Position numbers and translations under genes: made by a program. Below, piece by piece: positions 1 through 10,500 of a DNA stretch of 64,000 bases. The notes below the pieces were generated by a model. It ran no database searches. It saw only the letters and a program-made list of their open reading frames with translations, and was not told the origin of the DNA. Origin of the DNA: a bacterium (GTDB taxonomy: Bacteria > UBA8248 > JACPRG01 > G963555815); assembly GCA_965218795.1 (NCBI GenBank), contig OZ244653.1, positions 1,856,001 through 1,920,000 on the forward strand, in the 5' to 3' direction. Numbering within the stretch: position 1 is the stretch's first letter; each line of letters begins with the position of its first letter.

Positions 1-3000
1 GGGCATCGGCTCCCTCGACACTGGCACTTTGATCTGCGCGCTGGCGGTCGATCCAATCGCCAAGATACGAGTAGATCAGCTTCTCAAGCGTCCGACGGCC
101 CTCGCCGTTCGGGGCGGCGAGTCGGTGATAGTTCACGAGCGCATGGAACCCGTCACGCCGGCCGTCCCAAATGTGCCAGATGAAGGGGCGTTGCTGGAAC
201 AACGCGCAGTGCTGTTCGAAGAACCCGTCGTGCAGCCAGTCGTCGAGAGATTTGCCGGAAAAGCCGGTTTCGGCCAGCAAATCAGCGAGTTTGGACGCCG
301 ACCAATCAGCGCCGAAGGCGTCGGCAAGAATCTCGCTTGCTCGTTCTGCCGCAGGTCTTTCTCCCTTTATTGCGGAAAGACAAGCAATTCCGTCTTCGTC
401 TATCAGGCGCCCAGAAATTCTTGTCGGCTGCGGTTCACCTAATACCGACCTAATCTGTCGAGGCCATTTGTAACCGAGAAAGGTTGCTATAGAGCTCTGA
501 AGTGGCGCGATCGAATCATGAATATTGCCACTGTGTATCCATTCAGCAGGGCTAATCGAGCTCGGGTTCGGCAAACCTTTATTGTATTTAACTCGAAAAA
601 TTGAGTACCATTTTGCGAGTTCAAATGGAATCTTTACAAGACTGGCGTTTGTCACCCCCAATTTCTCGTCTATTTTACGAACGTCTCTTGCATAGTCATC
701 CGATGAGCAATATGCCCAAATCGGGCCGAGGTATTCCTCATTTTTTGGAACGAGCACAGCAATATTGTTATCGAACCATCGTCCTGCAAATAAGGAACAC
801 GGGAGTGCTCGCATTTGAGTAACCGCAATGCCGCGTTTCCCGATTGCTTGAGTTCCTCTAATAGCCGCGCCTTCATGTTTCGACAATTCGCCCTTTCCCT
901 GATCCCATTTCACAACAAATCGGCAGCCGGAATACTCATCAGTCTGTTTAATTGTCGATTGCTGAAATTCCCAACTGTCATCCGCTCCATCTATTTCCCA
1001 AAAAAAGCGTCCGAACCTCTGAAAATCTCCCGTTGATGGTCCTTGCAATGAATCCGCGAATTCACTCAACAGCGCGCTAGCCTCAAATTCACCGAAAACA
1101 AAACGTTGATCGGGAACTTGGGCAATTTTTCCATGGGTTGCTAGTCTCACAGGATTTCGCTTCAGATCTTGACCGCGCTGCTTCTCTTCGATTTCGTCAG
1201 ATTCAAGGCCCGCCGCAACCTGTGACTGGTGACCTCGGAAACGGGTTATAATTGTGAGCGCCCGCAGTGTGTCCCAGCTGGCTTGAGCAGTTGTTCCTGA
1301 GCCGACTTTGGCTACGAAATTGATAGATTGCGAGTTGAGTATCCTGTTTCTGAACTTTTCATAGGTCCCTAGAAAGAGCCAATTGTTTGGGGAGACTACA
1401 GCGTAGGTACCACCGTTCTCAGTTAGTTCATGGCATCGCTTCAAAAATACCGTCGCCAAATCTTGATCAATATCGGGAGCATAAGACATGGAAAAGTCAC
1501 GAATTATCGTGCCTTGCTTTCCACGTACTAGATACGGAACGTTCGTTGCTACAAGCGAGTAGCTTGTCGCCAAGAGCTCGGCAGCCCTAGTCATCCCATG
1601 GGCGGCTACAGCCATTTCGTATTGCACTTCATCGCTTTCCACTCCAGACAGGACCAACGCGAACAGTGGTTCCAGCTTCTCGAAACCTTCACGGAAGATT
1701 TCCGCACCTTCGCGACGTGGATCGATCAGGCTGCCAAGCCAAGGTGCCTTGGCGAAGAGATCGTAGAGCGCCTCGAGCCCGTTCTTTGCACGCTCTTCCA
1801 GCCCATGGGTAAGCAGGTTGTTTTCCACGCCGAAAAGGTCGCGCCTCGCGTCCGGATCGACCGCCATGACCGCCTTGTCCGCGAGCTTCAGCCATTCCGC
1901 TTTGGTCACGCCGATTGCGAGACCTGAGCAGGCTAGGTTCAACTGCGGCAATGTGCGATAGCCGACCTTTCGCCAAGCCGCGAAGGCCAGGTTGAAAGCC
2001 GCAATCTGCGTGCAGCGCGGGTCGATTTCCAACCCGAACAAATTGTCGCGAAGCACGGCTTCGAAGGCTTCCGTCTCGCTTAGTCCTTCCTCGGCTTTGC
2101 GGAAGGCGGCGAGGATCGGCAGCGCGAAGACCAGGAAATGCCCCGAGCCCATGCAGGGATCTAGCACAGTGAGGTCTTTCGCAGCCGTCGGCCAGCCCTT
2201 GAACGTGCCGGCGGCCGGGCGCCACGGGCCTTGATCGCCGTCCTCAGCCTTCTCGCGGATGAAGCGCAGGTAGGTCCACTCGACATCGCCGACCTTGCAC
2301 GTCGCCCGCAGCTCTTCCTCGCTCTGCGCCGAAGTTGCGATATCGGGATTTCCAGCCAGAACTTTGCCAGCCCACCAAGCGCCAAGGGTGTTGTGGAGCA
2401 GGAAGAGGACCATGTAGTCCTCGGTGAAGAGCTGAGTGACCGCCGGCAGCTCGTCTGCCCCGATTTTGGTCTCGGATCGGTTGACCTCTTCTTTCTTCTC
2501 CGCTTGCCAGAACTGGTAGACCCATCCGAGGCTGTCGTCTGCGGTAAAGACATCGCGAGGCAGCGACTTCAGCAGGTCCTCCAGATCGGATCGCGTTTCG
2601 GGCGGGAGCGTGACGGCTAAGGCGGGGTCGTTAGAACGGAAGATTTGAGGCAGCATGCGTTCGGCGTAGTCGCTGGCGAGTGCAAGCCAGTCGGCGCCTT
2701 CCTCTCGCGCCAGTTCCTGGCACTCCTCCAGTGTGATGGCGACACCTGAATTGGGCTCGATCAGCAGGTCCGTCTCAGCGAGGAAGCGGGCGAACAGCAT
2801 GCGATGCCAATGCTCGTAGGCACATTCCTGGACTAGGCGGCCAACTGTCTGCGTTCCTTTCTGGCGATCTCGTCGGTCACCCAGTTGTCGACCATGCGCG
2901 CGCAGGCGATTTCGCAGTGCGCGTTGCTCCGGAGTCATTGAGCCGTAAGGCTCATGGTGATGGACGCCGAGTTGCTCCAAGACCTTGCGAGCACCGGTTT

Positions 3001-3070
3001 CAGCGACGCGCCGGGCTTGTTTGACCGTCCTTTCGAGATCCCTGCGTAGGTCTCTGGCCAGAGTTGTCAT
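1..3070 (-). CDS. pglX: BREX adenine DNA methyltransferase PglX (BrxX), 3' end beyond the window
   Basis: Manual translation from ATG at 3070 (MTTLARDLRRDLERTVK...). Contains TQLFTEDYMV, motif I LDPCMGSGHF, motif IV TNVPY and C-terminal FQQRPFIWHIWDG. The frame appears open to the window edge, which explains its absence from the ORF track. Starts 12 bp after the brxC stop. Confidence 0.92.
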   Translation of the reverse strand, partial: MTTLARDLRRDLERTVKQARRVAETGARKVLEQLGVHHHEPYGSMTPEQRALRNRLRAHGRQLGDRRDRQKGTQTVGRLVQECAYEHWHRMLFARFLAETDLLIEPNSGVAITLEECQELAREEGADWLALASDYAERMLPQIFRSNDPALAVTLPPETRSDLEDLLKSLPRDVFTADDSLGWVYQFWQAEKKEEVNRSETKIGADELPAVTQLFTEDYMVLFLLHNTLGAWWAGKVLAGNPDIATSAQSEEELRATCKVGDVEWTYLRFIREKAEDGDQGPWRPAAGTFKGWPTAAKDLTVLDPCMGSGHFLVFALPILAAFRKAEEGLSETEAFEAVLRDNLFGLEIDPRCTQIAAFNLAFAAWRKVGYRTLPQLNLACSGLAIGVTKAEWLKLADKAVMAVDPDARRDLFGVENNLLTHGLEERAKNGLEALYDLFAKAPWLGSLIDPRREGAEIFREGFEKLEPLFALVLSGVESDEVQYEMAVAAHGMTRAAELLATSYSLVATNVPYLVRGKQGTIIRDFSMSYAPDIDQDLATVFLKRCHELTENGGTYAVVSPNNWLFLGTYEKFRNRILNSQSINFVAKVGSGTTAQASWDTLRALTIITRFRGHQSQVAAGLESDEIEEKQRGQDLKRNPVRLATHGKIAQVPDQRFVFGEFEASALLSEFADSLQGPSTGDFQRFGRFFWEIDGADDSWEFQQSTIKQTDEYSGCRFVVKWDQGKGELSKHEGAAIRGTQAIGKRGIAVTQMRALPCSLFAGRWFDNNIAVLVPKNEEYLGPIWAYCSSDDYARDVRKIDEKLGVTNASLVKIPFELAKWYSIFRVKYNKGLPNPSSISPAEWIHSGNIHDSIAPLQSSIATFLGYKWPRQIRSVLGEPQPTRISGRLIDEDGIACLSAIKGERPAAERASEILADAFGADWSASKLADLLAETGFSGKSLDDWLHDGFFEQHCALFQQRPFIWHIWDGRRDGFHALVNYHRLAAPNGEGRRTLEKLIYSYLGDWIDRQRADQSASVEGADA

Positions 3071-3082
3071 AGGCCGCCTTCC

Positions 3083-6000
3083 TTAGCTCACCAGCACGGG
3101 ACCGTTGGCCACGGCGTCCAACAGGGTTTTCTTCTGGCGTTCGGTCCACGCTTCGACCTCTGCCGCGTCCCGGAGCGTGCTGCGCTCCAGCGCGACGGAC
3201 TGCACCTCCGGTTCGAGCAGTTTCGCGGCACGCTCGATGGCTTGGACGGCCCTTCCCGGGATGGCGTCGATTTCGGCCTGGGCGCTGGACAGCGGCGTCT
3301 GGTCGAGATGACCGACAAGCGCTTCTTCATCCGAGACACTTGGCTTGGTTGGTGCCCTCAGCCCGACTGTTTCCTTGATGGTGCTTTGGTCTTCCGCCGA
3401 CACCTTCTTCCAGACCTCGTTCGCATCGAGGGTCTTGATGGCTTCATCGAACGCTGACTCATGGGCCGCAAAATTCTCCTGGACCGTCTTGCGAAGAATG
3501 CTAGCGAGGCCTTTGCGAATTCCGCTGGCCGGATCTGAGCTTTCCAGCAACAGCCTCTGGGATTTGACCGCTTCGATTTCTTCAAGGTGAGGCTTTGCGT
3601 CCTCAATCGGGGCGGCATGTCGGGCTAGGCGCTCGATCAGGCCCCATTTCGGCAAGCGATCGTCGACCAGATCTCTCGCGGCCTGCCAGTCCTTGATTGT
3701 TGTTTCCCACTCGCCCGTCATGTTTTTGATGGCGACGAGCTGCTCGTTGCCGACGAGCCTCTGGATATCTTCGATTTCAGTGACCGATGGCGCAACGGGG
3801 AGGGGTGCGTTTCCGCCGGCTGAATTGGCGAGGTCAATCAGCTTGGTGAGGAAATCACCGGTACGGACCCCTTCCTCTCCGCTCTTGCAAGAGACCCCGA
3901 GGCCCTGGAACAATTTCCGGAGAAGCAGTCGATCCTGAACGGAAAGAGTCGCCTGTTCGATCCGGAAGTCCGATTTCGAGATTTTGTTCTGATCCAATTG
4001 GCCGAGTGGGACCGCTACGCCATTCAGTGTCGCGGTGATGTGCTGTGAGCGGTGGAGTGCAATCAGCGCGGCATCGACGGCGTCCCGCGGCCAGCCGAAG
4101 GGTGATTCGCTTAGCGTCTTACGAATATCCTTGCCCGACTTACCAGCGCCGATGGTTGAGAGCACCTGCTGGCAAACCGCATGCTTCTCGGTGGCGTCGG
4201 AATGCCCTGTCGGTTGGAAAGGGTGATCGGCGCCGTCGCGTGCGCGCTTGATGACGGCCGTCCAAGCAGCGGTGTCGGCTTCCTTGAAGCGTGGGAACAT
4301 GCGGACCAGCGCGTCGTCGCTGGACGTCTTGATGCGATCCTCAAGCGTCGAAAGGAGAACTTCGTTGCCACCGCCCTGAAAGACCTTGGCATTGGAAACG
4401 ATCTCGCGGATCAGTCGATCGCGGTCACCGACAACCCGGGCCCTGCGGCTGTCCATGCTTTGCCGCGCTTCCTGCCCCTCAGGACCAGTCGGATTGCCTC
4501 TCGTGTCCAGGGTCTGCTGTGCCGCGTCAGCCTCGACGAGCAGGCACCGCAGGTCGTCCGCCGACTGACGAGGAATAAACACGTGAATCGTCGGACTGTC
4601 GGATCCGGCCGAGCGTGCGGCGTCGGTCACATCTTTTTCCGATGCGCTCCACCCGTCACGGATCCAGACTGGGATACCGGACCCGTCGACGTCAGACGGT
4701 GCCGCCTCCCGATGGATGACGAACTGCCGCGGTTCCTTTGCAGCCCCGTGCACCACGCGCAAGCCGCGAATGACCTTGTCGATCTCGCTGTAAAGGAACT
4801 GGTCGCGTTTGAACTGGATGCCGGCATCGTCGTTGTTGAGCTTGGTTTGCCGGTTCCGGAATTCCTGGTCCCATTCGCTGCCTTCGCGGGTCTGCAGCCG
4901 GTATTCATGGCCGACAAGCATCAGCACACCGTCGTCGGCCAGCTTCTTGAGCATCGTCTCGATATCGTTCCGAAGCTTGCCGTTGTCCCCGGCAAGATCG
5001 TCGATGATCAGGTCCGCGATATGGTCCTTGGTGGCCCGGACTCCCGTGTCTGCGCCCGCCTCTCGCGTAAGCTTGCCGATAAGGAACACAAGGCCGCAGA
5101 GGCGCTGGGCGAGAGGGCCGTCGGTTTTGCCGACCTGGATGATCCGCTCGTTGATTTCCCGCAGTAACACACCGGTATTGACCATCTCCGGTGCAAGGGC
5201 ATCGAAGAGCTCGTCCGCCGACACAACCGTGCCGACGGGCCGATCCGACAGTTTGGCAACCGCGTCATGGATAATGCGCAGTTGAGATCGAAGCTGGCTG
5301 CTCGTGCCGGCAGCGTCGATTTGACGGAAGCACTCTTCCCAGAACCGTCGTCGCACCGGAAGCAGCGGATAATCATCGACAATGACCGCGCGATCTTCGG
5401 TGATTTCACCAATTCGTGTTCCCTGCAACTGTCGCGAAATCTCGCCGCTGTGCTTGTCGAGCAGGGTGCGCACGTCACCGACGGCGCTGGGTTTTTTCTG
5501 GAGCAGCACCTTGCGGGTGACAGTTTCCACCTCCGCATCGGAGAGGGGGACCCGGATCGTGAAGCGATCCATCAGCTTCTGCAGAAGAGGGATGTCGGTC
5601 AGGGCGCTCTGGCCAGCGCCCACGATCATGACATGACTATCCAGCTGTTTCTCAGCAGCCTCAACAACCTCTGTGACCAGAACCGACCGGTCATTTGATT
5701 CGCCGATATACTGCTGGACCTCGTCCAGAACGATGAGTGTGCACGGCAGCCTGTCGTTCTGGGAAGCGAACTCAAGTGCATCCTTGGCGATGCGAAGAAA
5801 TTCCTGCGTCGTGATGTCCGAGGCCTGCGGCGGGAACTGGGCTTTGATCAGCTGTTTCGCTTCGGCTTCACCATCCGCGAATGTCGGCTCGCAGTCGATT
5901 ATCGCGCGCGCGATCAGGCCGCTGACATATAGATTGTTGAGCTCGCGGTCGAACGATTTGCCCGCGGCCTCGATAGTTGATTTCACCGCCTCGAAGTAGT

Positions 6001-6532
6001 CTTGGGAGTGAAGCCACAAGCAGAAACGTGCTTGGGGATACTGTTCGGGCAGGCCGGTGGCGCGAAGCAAGATGCCCAGGATTGTGGTCCGGACGTTGTC
6101 CGTCGTACCGCTTGGCAAGGAGCCCGCGGCAGCCAGAAGACCGCCGGCGCGTTTGCCGGCAACGTCCAGTTCGCGGAGGAGCGCGTTCAGTTCTTCTGGT
6201 ATCGATGGCACGAGGCTGCGAGCCGTCGCGCCATCGGGAAACTCGGTGTTCTGCCACAGGTGGCACAGCATCTTCAGAAGGTGCGACTTTCCGCTTCCGA
6301 AAAATCCGCTGACCCAGGCGCCCCTTTGATTCGTTCTGCCAAGATTGTCGATGAAGGAGCGGATGATCTTCTGGATCCCGTCCGCGTACTGTCCTTCGCA
6401 GACAAACGTGGACAGTTCGCCGTGGAGTTCCTGCATGGTGCGTTCGTCCTGGCGATCGGTGATGCGCGCCTGACCCTGGTTGATAAGGGGGTTCGCCGCA
6501 GGGTCTCGCTGCAGCACGTCTTTGATTTTCAT
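3083..6532 (-). CDS. brxC: BREX P-loop ATPase BrxC
   Basis: 1149 aa; Walker A WVSGFFGSGKSH, Walker B IVLDEVQQY, DYPLLP motif; lies between brxB and pglX. Confidence 0.92.
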   Translation of the reverse strand: MKIKDVLQRDPAANPLINQGQARITDRQDERTMQELHGELSTFVCEGQYADGIQKIIRSFIDNLGRTNQRGAWVSGFFGSGKSHLLKMLCHLWQNTEFPDGATARSLVPSIPEELNALLRELDVAGKRAGGLLAAAGSLPSGTTDNVRTTILGILLRATGLPEQYPQARFCLWLHSQDYFEAVKSTIEAAGKSFDRELNNLYVSGLIARAIIDCEPTFADGEAEAKQLIKAQFPPQASDITTQEFLRIAKDALEFASQNDRLPCTLIVLDEVQQYIGESNDRSVLVTEVVEAAEKQLDSHVMIVGAGQSALTDIPLLQKLMDRFTIRVPLSDAEVETVTRKVLLQKKPSAVGDVRTLLDKHSGEISRQLQGTRIGEITEDRAVIVDDYPLLPVRRRFWEECFRQIDAAGTSSQLRSQLRIIHDAVAKLSDRPVGTVVSADELFDALAPEMVNTGVLLREINERIIQVGKTDGPLAQRLCGLVFLIGKLTREAGADTGVRATKDHIADLIIDDLAGDNGKLRNDIETMLKKLADDGVLMLVGHEYRLQTREGSEWDQEFRNRQTKLNNDDAGIQFKRDQFLYSEIDKVIRGLRVVHGAAKEPRQFVIHREAAPSDVDGSGIPVWIRDGWSASEKDVTDAARSAGSDSPTIHVFIPRQSADDLRCLLVEADAAQQTLDTRGNPTGPEGQEARQSMDSRRARVVGDRDRLIREIVSNAKVFQGGGNEVLLSTLEDRIKTSSDDALVRMFPRFKEADTAAWTAVIKRARDGADHPFQPTGHSDATEKHAVCQQVLSTIGAGKSGKDIRKTLSESPFGWPRDAVDAALIALHRSQHITATLNGVAVPLGQLDQNKISKSDFRIEQATLSVQDRLLLRKLFQGLGVSCKSGEEGVRTGDFLTKLIDLANSAGGNAPLPVAPSVTEIEDIQRLVGNEQLVAIKNMTGEWETTIKDWQAARDLVDDRLPKWGLIERLARHAAPIEDAKPHLEEIEAVKSQRLLLESSDPASGIRKGLASILRKTVQENFAAHESAFDEAIKTLDANEVWKKVSAEDQSTIKETVGLRAPTKPSVSDEEALVGHLDQTPLSSAQAEIDAIPGRAVQAIERAAKLLEPEVQSVALERSTLRDAAEVEAWTERQKKTLLDAVANGPVLVS

Positions 6533-7092
6533 GCGTATCCTCCTTCGCCATGCAGCGTGATCGGCACCGCCAGGTAGTTCCAGCCATCACGCGCATCGAG
6601 CAGGCGGTAATTGTTTTTTTCGTAGTGGCCCGGAAAGAAGACAACGAGGCGACCGAGGATGTCGCCCTCCACCATTTTCAGGATCTGAGAAACGCGGGCG
6701 AATCCGAAGATGGCCCCGACGCCGAAGACGGCGACAACCGATGTCTCTGTTACGCCTGGTTGGTTCAGTAACTCGCTCAGGCGTTCCGCCACATAGTCCG
6801 CGAATTCGGCATCCAGCTTAAGTTGGAGATCCTCGGGCGAGGCAAAGTACTCATCCTTGTAGTCGTCCTGCGCGATCCATTCGGCAAAGACCGAAGCTAG
6901 ATCGATTTCGTGCCATTCGTGGCCGGCCTGCTTGGTGGCGGTTTCGAAGGCGAGTTTACGGGCGCGTAAGGTTCTCTCGAGCTCCTTGTCGTAAACGACC
7001 ATCACGACGCGTTGGGCGCCGGCGACCGTTCGTTGCCAGGGGGTCGCAATGTGCCGGCCGTACTTCTCTGCGAGAGCTTCAATGCGGGCCAT
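6529..7092 (-). CDS. brxB: BREX protein BrxB (DUF1788)
   Basis: 187 aa; C-terminal RLVVFFPGHYEKNNYRLLDARDGWNYLAVPI typical of BrxB; 4-bp overlap with brxC. Confidence 0.88.
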   Translation of the reverse strand: MARIEALAEKYGRHIATPWQRTVAGAQRVVMVVYDKELERTLRARKLAFETATKQAGHEWHEIDLASVFAEWIAQDDYKDEYFASPEDLQLKLDAEFADYVAERLSELLNQPGVTETSVVAVFGVGAIFGFARVSQILKMVEGDILGRLVVFFPGHYEKNNYRLLDARDGWNYLAVPITLHGEGGYA

Positions 7093-7094
7093 GG

Positions 7095-7901
7095 TCAGGT
7101 CCTCTTGCTTGCAGGATCAAGGAGCGAGACATCCAACTCGACGACATCCCCGGCCATGCGAAGATTGATCAATCCCAGTCGTTTTGCTTCAAGGGCGTAA
7201 TGGCGAGTTTGAGATGGATCGCAGTCGAGCACCCGGAACCAAGCCGAAGTAAAGGTTTCAGTCCCGCGATAGCCTGCCGCGCTGGCCAGATAGAGCGCGA
7301 ATGCAGCCGTTGCCGGAGAAGCCTGGACAGGCCGCCGCTTTTTGAAAGTGCGCCCTTCGAGGTGCCCCGATTGTGTCCAACTGCTCGCCGCATTCTGGCA
7401 CACTTTTTTAAGGGTACTGTCGCTCAACCGATCACCGACTGCAGCACGCAGGGCGGCCTTCATCGGTACGCGCTGAAATTCCTCACCGGGAGCTAGAAGG
7501 ATGATGGAGGGGGCGCTTGCCGCAAGAAGGGGGTCTCTGGCGATTGCGGCCAGCAAGGCCAGTCTCGAACGGTTCTCTTGGTCGATGTTCCACAGCCGAC
7601 GTAGGATCCGAAACAGAGGGATCTTGGAGTCCAATCCGTAGAGTTCGCTCAGTCTCTGGCTTGAGAGCCGCCGGGTTGCAGCAGTAACCTTCGAAAGGCA
7701 ATTTGCGTCGATGATTGCCGAAGTGTAGTCATCTCGCACTGCTGTTTCTCCGGTCGCATCGAGGATTGCTTCCAGTTCCGCCAGCATCATGGTACGGCTG
7801 GTGTGCGTTCCTTTATCTCCGAACCGAAAGCCGGCCTTTTCAGCTCTTGTGCGCGGTTCGTTGGCCGGGTAGAAGCGAAATTCTGCCTGTTGTGAATTCA
7901 T
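7095..7901 (-). CDS. brxA: BREX protein BrxA-like (DUF1819-like)
   Basis: First gene of the operon, 2 bp before brxB; helical protein (N-x-L-x-K-x-T...RLSELYGLD...SSWTQSGHL). ATG at 7901 follows GGAG. Confidence 0.75.
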   Translation of the reverse strand: MNSQQAEFRFYPANEPRTRAEKAGFRFGDKGTHTSRTMMLAELEAILDATGETAVRDDYTSAIIDANCLSKVTAATRRLSSQRLSELYGLDSKIPLFRILRRLWNIDQENRSRLALLAAIARDPLLAASAPSIILLAPGEEFQRVPMKAALRAAVGDRLSDSTLKKVCQNAASSWTQSGHLEGRTFKKRRPVQASPATAAFALYLASAAGYRGTETFTSAWFRVLDCDPSQTRHYALEAKRLGLINLRMAGDVVELDVSLLDPASKRT

Positions 7902-7967
7902 AAGGGCTCCGTCTACAAATTTTTCAGTATAATCGATCACGAAAAATCCCAGAGTCAATCAAAAATA

Positions 7968-8001
7968 AAATTTTCGCCGGCAAAGTTGCCGGCTAAAATT
8001 T
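7968..8001. promoter_or_regulatory. Palindromic operator-like site upstream of brxA
   Basis: AAATTTTCGCCGGCAA-AG-TTGCCGGCTAAAATTT, 15/16 bp inverted repeat in an AT-rich stretch about 70 bp upstream of the brxA start. Confidence 0.45.
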
Positions 8002-8462
8002 AACTCATTGCTCTTACAAGCTCAGAGGAGACTCTATTCGCCGCGTACCTGATTGGATCGTCTGAAATGTGGGCATAGCGAACAACCTCAGCCCGGCGTC
8101 AGCGCCGGGCGTGATTATGTTTCGCTTGTCCGTATCCGATTGCCGTAAACGGCCGCCGTTTACCTACGCCCGCTGAGCGCCACGCGCCACGGAGAGGGCA
8201 AGCGTGGCCGTGAGCGGGGTGGCGAAGGCGCTCCGGAGAGCGAGGCACTGCCGCCGTCCTCATCCACTGACGCTCTCATATTTGTCAAGTGTTCGTTGAG
8301 GCAGTAAGGACACGGTCGCGCTCGGCGATCTCATCGTTCAGGTCGAGGCCTCTTCGGGCGAAGTATTTCAGTGAGGGCTTGATGTCTACCACAGGGTCGT
8401 GGTATCCGACGGTGTCCGCTCTCCAGACCGCGCAGGCGCGAAGGCACTGCATGCTAGTGAGA

Positions 8463-8942
8463 TTACGGATTGGTCGCGCAATATGCCTCAACAATTGCCG
8501 TGAGCGCCGTCTTGAGGACACCTGTTTCGGCAAACAGAGCATGGTGTTCATGCGCGTATCTCCACTCCACGAACAGATTCTTGTTTTGGGACAATGCGTC
8601 TCTTATGCCCGGATAGTACGGCGGCAATCCTGCCCCCGGTCCTGGAACTTCCGGCATCTTGTCCTCAAGTCGTCTCCGCGTGTTCTCCCCCAAGGCATCG
8701 AACAGCTCCAGAAGATCGTGAGTGTGATCGGGCGGCCCGTTGCGTTCTTTACATTGCCATGCCTTCAAACCGATCTCGGCGGCGAGGGACAGTAGGATCG
8801 GGACCGCTACAGACGTTCCTTCGAACCGTGAACCGTCACTCTGTCCAGACATCTCAGCGTCGTCGAGATGTTCCACAAGCCGCCGCAGTTCGTTTGCCCG
8901 GATCATCATGAGATCGGGATGCCAGACCACCTCCCGTGTCAT
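8463..8942 (-). CDS. HEPN-like domain protein
   Basis: LAAEIGLKA...THDLLELF...EWRY pattern of HEPN-superfamily helical proteins; GGAGG before the ATG at 8942. Confidence 0.55.
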   Translation of the reverse strand: MTREVVWHPDLMMIRANELRRLVEHLDDAEMSGQSDGSRFEGTSVAVPILLSLAAEIGLKAWQCKERNGPPDHTHDLLELFDALGENTRRRLEDKMPEVPGPGAGLPPYYPGIRDALSQNKNLFVEWRYAHEHHALFAETGVLKTALTAIVEAYCATNP

Positions 8943-9269
8943 CCCACCCTCCCCGCTGACCTGATTTCCGCCTGTTCGAGCACCGTCCGCGTCACCTTTT
9001 CCTGACATGTCAGGGTCAAACTATGCCACTGAACTCCGAACGGCTCCCCGTCATGCCATGTCTTGCCTTGCCATGCGCACGGCATCTCCGACTTTCCATC
9101 GTGTGTCTCGCACCCCCCCGGTTCGAACGCGCCCCGGCGCGTTCGGAGTCAACCACCGCGGGTTCCAATGCCGGAACTCAACTGACCGAGCAACGCAAGA
9201 CACCGTCGTGATCGCCACTGCCGCGGCGGATGCTTCGACGCGGTCGCGCCGCCGAGAGGGGAGTCTAGC

Positions 9270-9460
9270 CGGAAGCGGGGCGGCGGGTGGATGTCCGGGG
9301 GAGGGCATCCCCGCCGTTCCCGACCACCGGCACGAGGACGGCACCATGACGACAGCGATCGCGTTTCCCGGCAACACGCGTCCACCTTCCTGACGCACTT
9401 CTTCGGCAGCGGCCTCGCGGACGAGCGCTACGTCGTCGAGCGGTTCAAGGCGCTCGCCTG
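9270..9460 (+). pseudogene. Frameshifted remnant of the hypothetical gene at 17368-17658, with its leader
   Basis: FPGN/ASTFLTHFFGSGLADERYVVERF versus HPGNASTFLTHLFGQGLDDDRYMIERF; upstream GGATGTCC..GGGAGGGC.TCC.CGCC.TTCCCGA is also shared. Confidence 0.65.
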
Positions 9461-9750
9461 GATTCCCACCCTTCGGCAAGGAGCACGTCCCATGTGCTCC
9501 AGCGGCCCGCGCGATCTGCGATTGGATCACCTCGTCTGGCTCGGCTTCCGTATTGTCCAACCACAGCCGATCATCCCAGTCAAACAGCGAGATTTCGACC
9601 GCGTCGTTGTTGTATCCATTGCTGAAAAACACGGCGGTCACATTGTAAGCGCGGAGCCTCAATTCCTGGATCATCTCGCGCAAATGGTCGATAGAAGACC
9701 CATGCGCTTGGGAGGAGAGAAACTAATACACAACAATTCGTCTGTTTCCT

Positions 9751-10500
9751 CTATCTTCCGGCAAACTCTCCATCCCGAAAAAGCTTGTGACAAGAACCGC
9801 AGGATTGCCATACATCCACCAATGCCCGAACGGCCTTGTCCACTTCCCCCCGATCCAGGGCGGCCACGAGTTCTCCCGTATCTCCCTTGAGCTTCTCCGA
9901 CAACTCGACGAATTTACCCTGCTCTGCGCCTACCCTCAGAGCAGGTATCAATTCAGCCATCCGATCCAAACGTCTCGCCCGCCTGGCGACAGCCTGAATC
10001 ACCTCTCTGCCGGCAGGATCCGGCAAATCGAGCTCCATCAGGGGACCGGCGAGAGCGGCGAACCTTCGGTATATATCACCCATCAACTCTTTGAGTCCCT
10101 GATAGCCGTATTCAAATTCAAACGTGGCCTCTCTCTTACGAAAATATTCTTCCCGCCTCTTGGAAAGGGCACTCAGGACCATTCTCTTGGGCTCCAGCAT
10201 CACAACCAGTTCGTACGCTCCCCGACGGTCCAGCCGAACGTTTCCCCCATAGTGGAACCCCCTTTCTCCGAACCTCGGCTCCATCGGGAAGTCCTTCCGG
10301 TACCCTTCCTCTCCTCGCGCCGACAGCGTGACAGCCAGTCTCGGGACCGGCTCCCTGAGACGGGTATCCTCAACGAAGACCTGAAAGTGATGTGTAAAAC
10401 CCGCCAGACTTTTATGTGTCTTTTCGATTTTTTCCCGATTGATGCAGGTCCGTCGAGGTGAAAGACGCTTCAGGCGGTTTCACGATCAGCGTAACGCGCG
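9751..10500 (-). pseudogene. P19/FetP-like iron-binding domain fused to a cytochrome c'-like domain; 5'-truncated or frameshifted
   Basis: HHFQVFVED...PMEPRFGERGFHYGGNVRL...GAYELVVMLEP, then a helical region ending VWQSCGSCHKLFR (C-terminal CxxCH). The frame is open upstream to about 10480 with no start codon or signal peptide. Confidence 0.5.

Noticed and set aside
29-2620. Small ORFs in the track suggesting a fragmented region
   Set aside because: All overlap the continuous pglX frame on the minus strand.
7925-7958. Sigma70 promoter TTGACT...TATACT for brxA
   Set aside because: The spacer is 21 bp, too long for a confident call.
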